Shown here: piece after piece, positions 1 to 8,988 of the stretch
Layout: the number at the start of each line of letters is the position of its first letter
How positions within the stretch are numbered: position 1 is the stretch's first letter
Source: Candidatus Micrarchaeota archaeon
GTDB lineage: Archaea > Micrarchaeota > Micrarchaeia > Norongarragalinales > UBA8480
Assembly (NCBI GenBank): GCA_023247085.1
Contig: JAHFHC010000003.1
Location: forward strand, 3,407-67,406
DNA length: 64,000 nucleotides
Direction: 5' to 3'
The notes under the pieces: generated by a model
Database searches by the model: none
What the model was told of the DNA's origin: nothing
Seen by the model: the letters and a program-made list of their open reading frames with translations, nothing else
Position numbers and translations under genes: made by a program

Positions 1-1233
1 TGGAACTTCTGAAACTACATTCAAATCTTGTCCAAACAAACGTGCCTTTAAGCTACCTTCCAATTCCTTCAAAGAAGAAAGTAAAGCCATTGGCTTATCG
101 CCTGATTCACGGTCATCTTGGCCGCTTTGGTTGCTATCAGCTTCAAGCGTTGGTTCTGACTTAAAAGTTGGTTTTGAAGCCATTAAAGCCCCTGGCCGCG
201 GAGCAGCTGGGCGTTCAAGTGCAACTGGCCGTTCAAAAGCAGGTGCTCGCTCTTGTCTTTCAAATGAACGTTCACTTGTTCGTTCGTTCGTTTGGCGGTC
301 ATTAGAGCGATCATGTTGTCGTTCATTGCGTTCAAAGCGCTCTGGCCTACTGCCATTATCTGGGCGCTCTTGTGGCCTGCGTTGGAAACCACCAGAACGT
401 TCTTCGCGTTTTCCGTTTGTTTGTTCTGCAGGCACTCCCTTGCGCAGACATTGAATTATCTCCTTGCGGGTTAACTCTTCAACTTCTTTTCCAGTTGGAG
501 CACGTGCAACAAAGTCAATATCCGCAACTGCCATTAATTCCTTTAGAATAATGTCCCCGCCTCGGTCTCCATCTAGGAATACAGTTACTTCTTTTTCATT
601 GCATAGTTTTGCAATTGTCTTGCCAACATTTGCGCCGCCAACAGCAACTACGTTTTTGATGCCGTTCTTTAGCAAGTTAATAACATCTGCCCTACCTTCT
701 ACAACGACAATTGCTTCACTCTGAGCCATCATTGGGCCACAAGATAATTTGTCTTCGCCGTAAGTTGAAACTTCAGCGATTTTCATTTCGTCGCGCACGA
801 GTTCAGTCAATTGTTTGCTTTCAGGCAATTCTTCAAGCACGAGGGTTTTCAACAAGTTCTTAGCTCGGTCAAGTAATTGCTTGCGTTTTATACTGCGCGA
901 ATCTTCAATTTTAGTCACATTTATCCTTGCTTCACACGGGCCAACGCGGTCAACTATTTCCAAGCTAGCTGCAAGTATACTTGTTTCAGCCATATCTAAA
1001 CTAGATGGAACAAAGATTTGCCCAAATGTTTTTCCGTTTTTTACTTGAGTTTCAACTTCAATTCGCCCTAGCCGGCCATTTTTCTGCAATTCACGGAAAT
1101 CAAGTTCGTCTCCAAGCAAACCTTCAGTTTGACCGAATAATGCACCAACTATATCTGGCTTTTCAATTATCCCGTCAACTTCAAAATTTGCGTTTATCAT
1201 GTACTTAACCGTGTCAATGTAAGTCTTTCCCAT
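1..1233 (-). CDS. dnaG: Archaeal DnaG-like primase (Toprim domain), 3' end runs off the window
   Basis: Minus-strand translation from the ATG at 1233 gives MGKTYIDTVKYMINANFEVDGIIEKPDIVGALFGQTEGLLGD..., which matches the conserved archaeal DnaG N-terminus. A Toprim segment VVVEGRADVINLL...VAVGG follows. The C-terminal low-complexity R/S/E-rich tail continues past position 1. Because there is no stop in the window, the six-frame track lists only antisense shadow ORFs here. Confidence 0.6.
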   Translation of the reverse strand, partial: MGKTYIDTVKYMINANFEVDGIIEKPDIVGALFGQTEGLLGDELDFRELQKNGRLGRIEVETQVKNGKTFGQIFVPSSLDMAETSILAASLEIVDRVGPCEARINVTKIEDSRSIKRKQLLDRAKNLLKTLVLEELPESKQLTELVRDEMKIAEVSTYGEDKLSCGPMMAQSEAIVVVEGRADVINLLKNGIKNVVAVGGANVGKTIAKLCNEKEVTVFLDGDRGGDIILKELMAVADIDFVARAPTGKEVEELTRKEIIQCLRKGVPAEQTNGKREERSGGFQRRPQERPDNGSRPERFERNERQHDRSNDRQTNERTSERSFERQERAPAFERPVALERPAAPRPGALMASKPTFKSEPTLEADSNQSGQDDRESGDKPMALLSSLKELEGSLKARLFGQDLNVVSEVP

Positions 1234-1347
1234 ATATTTTCACCTTTAAATTATTTTCATTTCGTTTTTTATTTTTGTTTAATTTTTTTGTTTTTTTTAT
1301 ATTTTGTGTTTTATTTTTAATTTTTTATTTTTATTATATTTTTTATC

Positions 1348-1791
1348 TCATCTTTTTTCCGCGATTTCGCTCAACATCCTATCAAGCTTTGAATCCACTT
1401 CTTCAAAGCAACGCATGCCGAGAAATAACCGGAATTTCTTCCGCGTTTCCACATCAGCAACGCAATCAAACCGCAACAGCAACTCGGCAAGTTGTGCGGC
1501 TCTTTCGTTTCCAGTTCTGTCAAAATCGAACAAAATAACTGGCTTTTGTTGCGAGGCAATTATGCGTTTTGCAAGTTGCTCTTTGCCGCCATTTGCTTCT
1601 ATTATCGAGGCAGTTAAACCTACATTCCTAAGGGCAGCCTTGTCGCGTTTGCCTTCAACAAGCAACACAACCTCGCTTGCATTAAGCTTGGCAACTAGCT
1701 TATCTAAGCCTGCCAACTTTTTTTGAAGCAATTCACCGTTCATGTGTTTCGTCATATCCGAGATATTTTTTATGCAAAAACTCCCGGGCAA
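1348..1791 (-). CDS. Small stand-alone Toprim-domain protein
   Basis: VLLVEGKRDKAALRNVGL...VILFDFDRTGNERA is a Toprim signature (E...DxD). The true start is probably the internal Met of MTKHMNGELL. Confidence 0.45.
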   Translation of the reverse strand: MPGSFCIKNISDMTKHMNGELLQKKLAGLDKLVAKLNASEVVLLVEGKRDKAALRNVGLTASIIEANGGKEQLAKRIIASQQKPVILFDFDRTGNERAAQLAELLLRFDCVADVETRKKFRLFLGMRCFEEVDSKLDRMLSEIAEKR

Positions 1792-1965
1792 CTTTTTGCC
1801 TTTTCAGGCCAAGGGAAAAAGCGAACAGTTGTTGGCAACATCTTCATATATCGGGAGTTGAATCCCTACCTCGAGTTGTCATCCGCTGCGCTTTTTACCT
1901 TGACAGGCTGAAGGCCATAGATACACAATAGGCACGAAAAATTAGTCGTTGATTATTCAACTATT

Positions 1966-2406
1966 CTAATACACTTTTAGCTTTTGTGCTAATGGCATTT
2001 GTGGCGATTCGCTTATTAAATCATAAAGCGAGGGCGCTATGGAAATAAGGTCTTTTTGCGAAACTACGCCAACTATTTTACCTTGTCGAATTACGGCAAG
2101 TCGCTTGATATTTTTTATCCCCATTAGCTTTGCAGCTATGGAAATATCTTCGGTTATCTGAATCGTTATCAAGTTTTTTGTACATATATCTCGAACCAAA
2201 TAATTGGTTTTTCCAGTTGCAAGGACTTTAGACACAAGATCTCGCTCGGTGATTATGCCGCATATTCCCTTGGCGCTTGAAAACACCAAAAGGCTACCTA
2301 CCCCAGTTTCAGCCATTTTCTTAGCGGCGTCAACAACGGAAGTTGATTCAGGCACAGTTACAAGCGAAGTCTTCATGCAGTCGCCAACTTTTATCCCTGT
2401 TTCCAT
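1966..2406 (-). CDS. CBS-domain pair protein
   Basis: Two CBS-like repeats (VGDCMKTSLVTVPESTSVVDAAKKMAETGVGSLLV... and LITIQITEDISIAAKLMGIKNIKRLAVI) in 146 aa. Confidence 0.55.
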   Translation of the reverse strand: METGIKVGDCMKTSLVTVPESTSVVDAAKKMAETGVGSLLVFSSAKGICGIITERDLVSKVLATGKTNYLVRDICTKNLITIQITEDISIAAKLMGIKNIKRLAVIRQGKIVGVVSQKDLISIAPSLYDLISESPQMPLAQKLKVY

Positions 2407-2600
2407 ATTTTTACTAAATTACCATTTTAACATTTTTTGGCTAAAAGCGTGTTAAAAATCAAAACTAATTCTAAGTCACGCTATTAAACATCTAACACAC
2501 ATTTGAAAGAAGGACATATTTATAGCTAAGGTACTGGGCGCAATCTATAGTACGCGACGCCACACAGGGCTAATTAATCTCTATCACCTTTAGATTCCTT

Positions 2601-3134
2601 ATGGGCAAAGGGGCTTATTTGAAGGGCGCACGGTTTGAACGCCAACTAAAAGAAATGCTCCGCAGTCGTGGCTTTTGGGTTATACGTTCCAGCAAAAGCG
2701 GAGTAGATGGTTTAGCCCCGGATTTAATTGCACTTAGCATGAATCGAAAATTTGCGTTAGAATGCAAAGCTTGGAAGGCAAATTTACATTTTGAAAAACC
2801 CAAGATGCAAATTATGAAGGAGTTTGAAAACACAACCGGAATCCCTTTTTACATTGCATGGAAACAACCAAGAGAAGACTGGCGGTTTTATCCATTATCT
2901 GCACTTAAAGAAACTACTCGCGGCTATACGCTTGTGCTTTCTGACTTAAAAATGGGAATGAGATTAGCCGATCTTACTGGAGAAGAGTCGAAAACCCTAC
3001 AAAACACGCTAACAGATTTAACTAATAGTGAGTTACAATCAATAACGTTAGAAGAAGCCGAAAAACCAGAGAAAACGTCGCCAGACGTAAATTCAGAAAC
3101 AACCCCCGCTAATTCTACGACAAACGACAGATAA
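2601..3134 (+). CDS. hjc: Holliday junction resolvase Hjc-like nuclease with acidic/Ser-Thr-rich C-terminal extension
   Basis: GARFERQLKEMLRSRGFWVIRSSKSGVDGLAPDLIALSMNRKFALECKAW matches the Hjc/restriction-endonuclease-fold core (E...GxD...ECK). The ~45 aa C-terminal tail is atypical. Confidence 0.5.
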   Translation: MGKGAYLKGARFERQLKEMLRSRGFWVIRSSKSGVDGLAPDLIALSMNRKFALECKAWKANLHFEKPKMQIMKEFENTTGIPFYIAWKQPREDWRFYPLSALKETTRGYTLVLSDLKMGMRLADLTGEESKTLQNTLTDLTNSELQSITLEEAEKPEKTSPDVNSETTPANSTTNDR

Positions 3135-3188
3135 ATACGACTAGTTTGTTACTACCGGTAAGTTTATAAATTACTTATTGCATAAGTA

Positions 3189-3578
3189 TTGCAGATCAAA
3201 ATGACAAGTTTATCACCATCTCAAATGGCAAAAATGAAAATTGGACTAGTGGAAAAGAAAGCCGCACCTAAACCGGAAGAGGACGTAGTTGTCATGCCTG
3301 CTTTCGTGCCAACTAAGATGAACAAAGGAGAAGGAATTCTCGAAGTTACAACTCGTCAAAAATACTTAAATGAAGGATACGCAGACTGGATTAACTGGCA
3401 CCTATACCGCATAATTGGAATAGGCTCAGCAGTTGCTGCTTTGTTTTTAATTGGAATAAACTTGTGGCTAGCTGCTGGCGCAGGAGCTATAGCCGGACAT
3501 TTTTATTCAGAACACGTTAGAATCGCAAAGAAAATCGCAGTAAACTACTCAAGGAGAAGGCTCCTATACACAAGGTAA
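3189..3578 (+). CDS. Small membrane protein (soluble N-domain plus one C-terminal TM helix), member 1 of tandem array
   Basis: ORF with one hydrophobic helix (IIGIGSAVAALFLIGINLWLAAGAGAIAG). It is co-directional and tightly spaced with the next five ORFs. Confidence 0.3.
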   Translation: MQIKMTSLSPSQMAKMKIGLVEKKAAPKPEEDVVVMPAFVPTKMNKGEGILEVTTRQKYLNEGYADWINWHLYRIIGIGSAVAALFLIGINLWLAAGAGAIAGHFYSEHVRIAKKIAVNYSRRRLLYTR

Positions 3579-3588
3579 ATGAAACACT

Positions 3589-3975
3589 ATGGCATTAAGC
3601 GGAATCAAAGGAACAGTCGTTGACGTTGTAAAGGATATTCGACAGAATACTCCTCTTAAAGTGGAAAAAAAAGAGGAAACGGTCAAGACAAGTGAATTTT
3701 ACACTGGCGCTTTGAGTAGAGGTAGTGATAACGTATTAGGACAATGCACTAGAAAAGAATTCATAAACGAGTTCATTGATTTTTGGAAGGACGATTACCG
3801 TGCAAAAGCGAAATGCATTTGTTTTCTAGCAATAGCTGCATTGACATTCAATATAATGGCACCATTTTCACTTTTTTGCATTGCACTTGCAGCAAAGTAC
3901 TGGGATTGGGCAATGTGGTGCAGAAACATAGCTAGATTCAATGGAAACTTCCGTACAATCATATACGGACAATAA
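3589..3975 (+). CDS. Small membrane protein, array member 2
   Basis: C-terminal hydrophobic segment CICFLAIAALTFNIMAPFSLFCIALAA. It starts 11 nt after the previous ORF. Confidence 0.3.
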   Translation: MALSGIKGTVVDVVKDIRQNTPLKVEKKEETVKTSEFYTGALSRGSDNVLGQCTRKEFINEFIDFWKDDYRAKAKCICFLAIAALTFNIMAPFSLFCIALAAKYWDWAMWCRNIARFNGNFRTIIYGQ

Positions 3976-4077
3976 GAAAAGAAACAACAAAAGTACAAAA
4001 CACAAACAAAAAATAAAAAAAATCGAAAAATAAAGAAAATCAAAGATAAACACAAACAAAATCAAGGTAAAAAAAAT

Positions 4078-4467
4078 ATGTCAAGTGATGCACTGCATGA
4101 TGCGAAAATGTCTTTCGACGCTCCGACCCTCGGCGTGAGCGAAAGGCTAGAGGCCGTTGGAAAGAGCATAGCTCCAGCTTTTGGATTAGAAGGATTTTCA
4201 ACCATTTTACAGAGACTAGCTAGGAACTTCGCAGCGTTGCTTGAATATTACAAATTAGCCACAGTTGTACGCCACAAAGACATTAGTTTTCCAGATGGAA
4301 TGAGCAAACACATATTTTTCTTCGACGATAAAATAGTCAATGCGACGATACTTTTAGGGTGCGGAATAGCAATCATTTCACAGCCTTCTCTCCTATTGCC
4401 ATTAGCGCTAGTAGCCGTTGCTTATTTTGGCAGCGATAAATTCTTAAAAACGGTTGAAAAGTTATGA
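4078..4467 (+). CDS. Small membrane protein, array member 3
   Basis: C-terminal TM segment ILLGCGIAIISQPSLLLPLALVAVAYFG. Its stop overlaps the next start (ATGA). Confidence 0.3.
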   Translation: MSSDALHDAKMSFDAPTLGVSERLEAVGKSIAPAFGLEGFSTILQRLARNFAALLEYYKLATVVRHKDISFPDGMSKHIFFFDDKIVNATILLGCGIAIISQPSLLLPLALVAVAYFGSDKFLKTVEKL

Positions 4468-4967
4468 CAATGAAAAATAACAAAGTACAAACAATCAAAG
4501 AAATAAAAGCGGCAATGACAAAAGCTGCGTTAGCAAAGACAAAGGCAGCGCCAGCTTCAGGTCCGGCAGATGTAAAGAAGACTTACATGACCATACCATA
4601 TTACACGCCATCTGACAATGTAGATATCAACAACTTAACCGAAGCACAGAAAAAGAAGTTAATTCAACAAGGAAAACTCATGGGTAGCGGAGACCCAATA
4701 ACCATTGCTAAAATAGATAACCGTAAAAATACCTTGAACGCTTGGTGGGATGCAAGTGACTTCACTTACGACGCCGGAACGTCATACAAAGCATGGACAT
4801 ACACTTGGGCGTATCTCGCATTAACAATAATTTCTTACGTATTCATACACCCACTCGCAGCAATCCCATTTGCCTGGAAAGTTGGGCACAATTGGAGCCA
4901 ATACGTCGGCGGATTAGTATTCGGAAAAGAAGACATGAAAGGAAAGACACTATACCACACAGTATAA
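4464..4967 (+). CDS. Small membrane protein, array member 4
   Basis: Lys/Ala-rich N-terminus and a Trp/Tyr-rich segment followed by the TM helix WAYLALTIISYVFIHPLAAIPFAW. Confidence 0.3.
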   Translation: MTMKNNKVQTIKEIKAAMTKAALAKTKAAPASGPADVKKTYMTIPYYTPSDNVDINNLTEAQKKKLIQQGKLMGSGDPITIAKIDNRKNTLNAWWDASDFTYDAGTSYKAWTYTWAYLALTIISYVFIHPLAAIPFAWKVGHNWSQYVGGLVFGKEDMKGKTLYHTV

Positions 4968-4985
4968 GAAAGAGGTTGATGAAAA

Positions 4986-5291
4986 ATGACTGAAAACATT
5001 CCAAAAGCATATGACAAGCTCATCAGAGCCACCACAGTAGGATCAGAACAGCCTATTGCGCTCCAAGCAACAAACCGTTGGGCCTACATGGAAAAGTACA
5101 TGAACGATTTTGAAGACATGTTAGCATTCGATGTAAACCAATGGATACTAGCAGGAATAGGCGCAGTGCTCTTACTAATGGGAAACGTACTCGGGGTAAT
5201 AGCACTAGCGGGCGCTACATATTACAGAATTCAATATAAGCACCGTTATGGCCAAGTAAACTCATCTCGTAGACTAATACTTGGAAACTAA
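4986..5291 (+). CDS. Small membrane protein, array member 5
   Basis: TM helix ILAGIGAVLLLMGNVLGVIALAGATYY near the C-terminus. Confidence 0.3.
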   Translation: MTENIPKAYDKLIRATTVGSEQPIALQATNRWAYMEKYMNDFEDMLAFDVNQWILAGIGAVLLLMGNVLGVIALAGATYYRIQYKHRYGQVNSSRRLILGN

Positions 5292-5310
5292 AACCAAAAT
5301 GAGGCGCACT

Positions 5311-5457
5311 TATGTCAACTGAATTTGAATTAATCACATATGCAATCCTGGCAATTGCGCTGTTTTTACTTTTTAATCACTTTTTACCACTTCGCCGAGC
5401 CCAGAATGCAAAAGAAAAACCAATGGCAAAAATGGATCTTAATAGTAGGATAATTTA
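5311..5457 (+). CDS. Very small membrane protein (48 aa), array member 6
   Basis: The ATG at 5311 gives MSTEFELITYAILAIALFLLFNHFLPLRRAQNAKEKPMAKMDLNSRII. It is below the 60-aa cutoff of the ORF track. It has the same orientation and architecture as members 1-5. Confidence 0.25.
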
Positions 5458-5532
5458 AAATACCAGGCGCCATAACCGCAAAGTTGGTTTAACCTGGCGG
5501 TGTTTTTAATCTCCTACACCTAAATTTTTAGC

Positions 5533-7125
5533 GTGAAGCGCAACTTTATTTTCGTTACTGGCGGCGTACTATCCTCCCTAGGTAAAGGCATACTTGCATC
5601 ATCTATTGGAAAAATCCTAAAGGACAAAGATGAACACAACGTTTCACTAATGAAAATAGACCCTTACCTCAATTGCGATGCAGGCACATTGAACCCATTT
5701 GAACATGGGGAAGTCTTTGTAACACGCGATGGACAAGAATGCGATTTAGACCTAGGCAATTACGAACGCTTTTTGAACACTTTTGCAATTAACGAACAAA
5801 ACTTAATGATGGGAGACGTTTACCGCGAACTTGTTGAAAAAGAACGACGCGGAGACTATCTTGGCAAAACCGTACAATTGATTCCACACGCTACAAATGA
5901 AATCAAAAAACGAATACGCGCATGCGGTGAAAAAACCAAGTGCGATACGCTGATAATAGAAATAGGCGGCACAGTAGGGGATATCGAAAGTGAAGTGGTA
6001 TTAGAAGCGAGTAGACAAATGAAATACGAAGAAGGCAACAACGTGCTATTCATTCACTTAGCGCTACTGCCCACTATTCTAACTGGCGAAGAAAAAACTA
6101 AGCCAATGCAACACTCAGTAAAGGCATTACAAGCAAGAGGCATTACCCCCGACCTATTAATAGGAAGAACAAGCGACAGCATGGCTGCAGAGTCAAGGTC
6201 AAAACTAGCATTGCAATGCAACGTAAACGCAAGCGATATTTACTATTCACCAAACGCACCAACCATTTACAAATTGCCACTCTTATTGGAAAAACAAGGA
6301 ATCGATAAAGCAATTGGCAATAAACTGGGATTTGAAATTCTAAATGGCGAAACATTTGAACAATGGAAAAAACTAGTTGACCAACTAGAATCAGCCTCTG
6401 ACGAAGTAAATATAGCTGTAATCGGCAAATATGCAACTAGTAAAGATGCTTACATGAGTTTATTCGAAGCGCTTACACACGCGGGAGTTGCAAATAAAGT
6501 TAAAATTAAAGCGGATTTAATTGACGCAACAAAAATAGAAAAGGAAAGCGTTAAACTCAATGATTATCACGGCGTAGTGATTCCAGGCGGATACGGCAGC
6601 CGCGCAGTTGAAGGCAAAATAAAAGCAATTCAACACAGCCGCGAAAATAACGTTCCTTTGCTCGGAATTTGTTACGGCTTTCAACTATCTATAGTTGAAA
6701 TTGCACGAAACATACTTGGCTGGACGGATGCCAATACAACTGAAATCATCCCAGATACAAAACACCCCGTTATTGACTTGTTACCTGAACAAAAACAAGT
6801 CAAGGATAAAGGCGCAACCAACAGGCTCGGCGCAAAGAAAACACTAATCGAAAAAGAAACAATGGCATTTGCAATGTACAAACAAGAAAACATACTAAAG
6901 CGATTCCGTCACAGGTGGGAAATGAACCCAGAATATGTTCAAGTGATGCAAGATGCAGGAGTGGTTTTTTCTGGAGTTGATGAAAGTAAAACTATTAAAA
7001 AAGTGCTTGAATTGAAAAATCACCCGTTCTTCTTTGGAGTACAATATCACCCAGAATTCGACTCTCGATTAGAAAAACCAGAAGAATCTTTTACAAAGCT
7101 AATTGAGGCGAGCAAAAAATGCTAA
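5533..7125 (+). CDS. pyrG: CTP synthase
   Basis: The N-terminus KRNFIFVTGGVLSSLGKGILASSIGKIL and the glutamine amidotransferase domain with LLGICYGFQL...H are present. Length is 530 aa. GTG start. Confidence 0.9.
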   Translation: MKRNFIFVTGGVLSSLGKGILASSIGKILKDKDEHNVSLMKIDPYLNCDAGTLNPFEHGEVFVTRDGQECDLDLGNYERFLNTFAINEQNLMMGDVYRELVEKERRGDYLGKTVQLIPHATNEIKKRIRACGEKTKCDTLIIEIGGTVGDIESEVVLEASRQMKYEEGNNVLFIHLALLPTILTGEEKTKPMQHSVKALQARGITPDLLIGRTSDSMAAESRSKLALQCNVNASDIYYSPNAPTIYKLPLLLEKQGIDKAIGNKLGFEILNGETFEQWKKLVDQLESASDEVNIAVIGKYATSKDAYMSLFEALTHAGVANKVKIKADLIDATKIEKESVKLNDYHGVVIPGGYGSRAVEGKIKAIQHSRENNVPLLGICYGFQLSIVEIARNILGWTDANTTEIIPDTKHPVIDLLPEQKQVKDKGATNRLGAKKTLIEKETMAFAMYKQENILKRFRHRWEMNPEYVQVMQDAGVVFSGVDESKTIKKVLELKNHPFFFGVQYHPEFDSRLEKPEESFTKLIEASKKC

Positions 7126-7559
7126 CTATTTACACGGACAAACACTGCGAAAAAGTTGCGCAAGCAATTGCAAGTGGCGCAAGTAACGTGGAACACAAAA
7201 TTACAAAAATTCCGGAATTCACTGAACAAAATGTATTGTGCATTGCAAAGAAGCCATTTGGAAATGAACTAAAACAAATAGCAGACAAACTGATTGGCGC
7301 AGTGTACGTGGTGGGGGTCGGATTCTCTTTCGACAAAATGAGAAAGATGATTGAAGAATTACAAAAAGACCAGCCAAGCATAAAGGTTGAAGTGACTCTC
7401 TGCCTTAAGCGTAAAGGCACACTACCATTAGGGGGAGAAGTTACAGAAATCGAACTTGCGCGCGTATCTGCCCTTGGCGAACGAATTGCTACAACAATAA
7501 CTGGAACACGCCAACGCCCACAAAACGAAAAAAACAGAATACAAAACTACAACAAATAG
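7119..7559 (+). CDS. Hypothetical protein overlapping pyrG stop
   Basis: 146-aa ORF that overlaps the pyrG 3' end by 7 nt (ATGCTAA). I recognise no motif. Confidence 0.3.
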   Translation: MLTIYTDKHCEKVAQAIASGASNVEHKITKIPEFTEQNVLCIAKKPFGNELKQIADKLIGAVYVVGVGFSFDKMRKMIEELQKDQPSIKVEVTLCLKRKGTLPLGGEVTEIELARVSALGERIATTITGTRQRPQNEKNRIQNYNK

Positions 7560-7918
7560 CAAAAAGTTGAGAAGATAGAGCGAGGTAAGGGAGTTGCACC
7601 CTTCTATTCCGCTTGCTGCACGCGGAGCGCCTATTCCGCTAAATTTTTCTTTTTAGAAAAAAACTACTGCAGGCGGATGCATAGCTGATCTGCCAACCTC
7701 GCAAATTTCAAAGGCAAAAAAGCATTAGGACTAGTCGGTAATTAATACCTTTTTTTGTTTTCTAAAAGAACACAGAGGCCAAGTCTCTCCAAGCAATTTT
7801 AATTAGAAACTTGGAAGCCAACATTGGCGCACCTGCGTTCAACCCACCTTTTTACAGAATCCGATGCTAAAAGTAAAGAAAAAAGTGCCAATATAAGCGT
7901 TCCGGATAAGAATAAAAG

Positions 7919-8143
7919 CGGGCTCGGTGGGATTTTCAAGCAAAAACCGTTCTTTTTACAAAAAACAAAAGAAAAAAAGACGCTGCGTGTTCTTTTTTAG
8001 AAATAAAATGTTTGTTGTCAAAGAAAGGTGTTGTCTTTGAACCCACGACCCTTCGGTTAAGAGCCGAATGCTCTAGCCATTCCAGGAATTTTGCCGCTAC
8101 TATTATTATAGTTATGGCATAATTCAACCTGAGCTACGAGCCC
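7919..8143 (-). tRNA. tRNA-Lys(CUU) with two introns, a 48-nt intron in the D-loop and a ~103-nt intron in the T-loop
   Basis: On the minus strand, exon1 (8143..8128) is GGGCTCG TA GCTC AGG. Exon2 (8079..8036) is TGGCTA GAGC A TTCGG CTCTTAA CCGAA GGGTC GTGGG TTCAAA. Exon3 (7932..7919) is T CCCAC CGAGCCC G. Joined, they give a 74-nt cloverleaf: 7-bp acceptor GGGCTCG/CGAGCCC, U8 A9, D-stem GCTC/GAGC, anticodon stem TTCGG/CCGAA, loop CUCUUAA (U33, anticodon CUU, A37), 5-nt variable loop, T-stem GTGGG/CCCAC. Exon-intron junctions are uncertain by a few nt. Confidence 0.6.
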
Positions 8144-8303
8144 ACAAAAAACAAAAAAAATGTATTTGCTAGTTTAGAGGAGCGAATAGTTATTTAAAAT
8201 ATCTCTGCGTATATAAAGTTAGTAAAACAGCACAATGCTTTAGGCATCGTAGCTAAATTACAACATTTCGAACGTTGTATTCAACCTTTTGAATGGTTTG
8301 AAA

Positions 8304-8900
8304 ATGGTAAAAAAAATTCCTGCAAAGGCTGAAGTGAACAACACCAGTAAAATGGTGAGTCCTACAAAGCAATTAGCTGGGGAATTAACTCTTTTTATAA
8401 AGGAACTTGCTGGCGAAGAAGGCGTTCAAATAATCTCGTGTATTGGCGACAGTGGAACAACTGACGATAAGATTGAAGAAGTTACAAAAATGAAAATCGC
8501 AGAGATACGCTCTGTGTTAAACCACTTGCATAGCTATGGACTAGTAGAATACACTAGGGAGAAAAATTTGCAGACGGGGTGGTTCACTTACACTTGGCGG
8601 CTAAATGCAAACCGTGCATTGCAAAACTTCTTAGTTTTAAAGAGACGCGAATACGAAAAATTACGCACAAAGCTGAGCAGTGGGGATGGCGTTCAGTTAT
8701 ACCGTTGTCAAAAAAGCTGTAATTGTTTAGAGTTTGAAAAAGCAATTGAACTCGGTTTCCGCTGTCCGGGTTGCCGCGGTAAATTAAATGTAGTGGATCA
8801 AGAAGAAGAATTATTAAAACTTGAACGAAAGATAACTTCATTAACAAGTGTAACTCAACTGTCAACCTCGGATTTTTCAAGCCGCGTATTACAAAGTTAA
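8304..8900 (+). CDS. tfe: Transcription factor E (TFE-alpha / TFIIE-alpha homologue)
   Basis: N-terminal winged helix (IAEIRSVLNHLHSYGLVEYTREKNLQTGWFTYTWRLN), then a zinc ribbon CQKSCNCLEFEKAIELGFRCPGCRGKL. The track ORF begins at the TTG at 8289; the ATG at 8304 (MVKKIP) is the likelier start. Confidence 0.55.
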   Translation: MVKKIPAKAEVNNTSKMVSPTKQLAGELTLFIKELAGEEGVQIISCIGDSGTTDDKIEEVTKMKIAEIRSVLNHLHSYGLVEYTREKNLQTGWFTYTWRLNANRALQNFLVLKRREYEKLRTKLSSGDGVQLYRCQKSCNCLEFEKAIELGFRCPGCRGKLNVVDQEEELLKLERKITSLTSVTQLSTSDFSSRVLQS

Positions 8901-8988
8901 AACAATTTAAGACGGGTTTTGTAAAGTTAAATAAACGCATAGCCTTTTTAAGTTTAAAAAAGACAAATTCTTTTACGCTCCTGACTCT

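Noticed and set aside
131-1208. Plus-strand ORFs 131..454, 464..724, 815..1048 and 1005..1208 with odd RS-rich or low-complexity translations.
   Set aside because: They are antisense shadow frames of the minus-strand DnaG gene, whose own ORF has no stop inside the window and therefore is missing from the track.
1275-1726. Plus-strand ORFs 1275..1538 and 1304..1726 rich in Phe/Ile/Leu.
   Set aside because: Translation of the T-rich low-complexity spacer and the antisense strand of the Toprim gene. No plausible protein.
5856-7420. Minus-strand ORFs inside pyrG and the 7119 ORF (5856..6053, 6143..6436, 6681..6893, 7130..7420).
   Set aside because: Antisense to a high-confidence conserved gene. 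Compositionally implausible.
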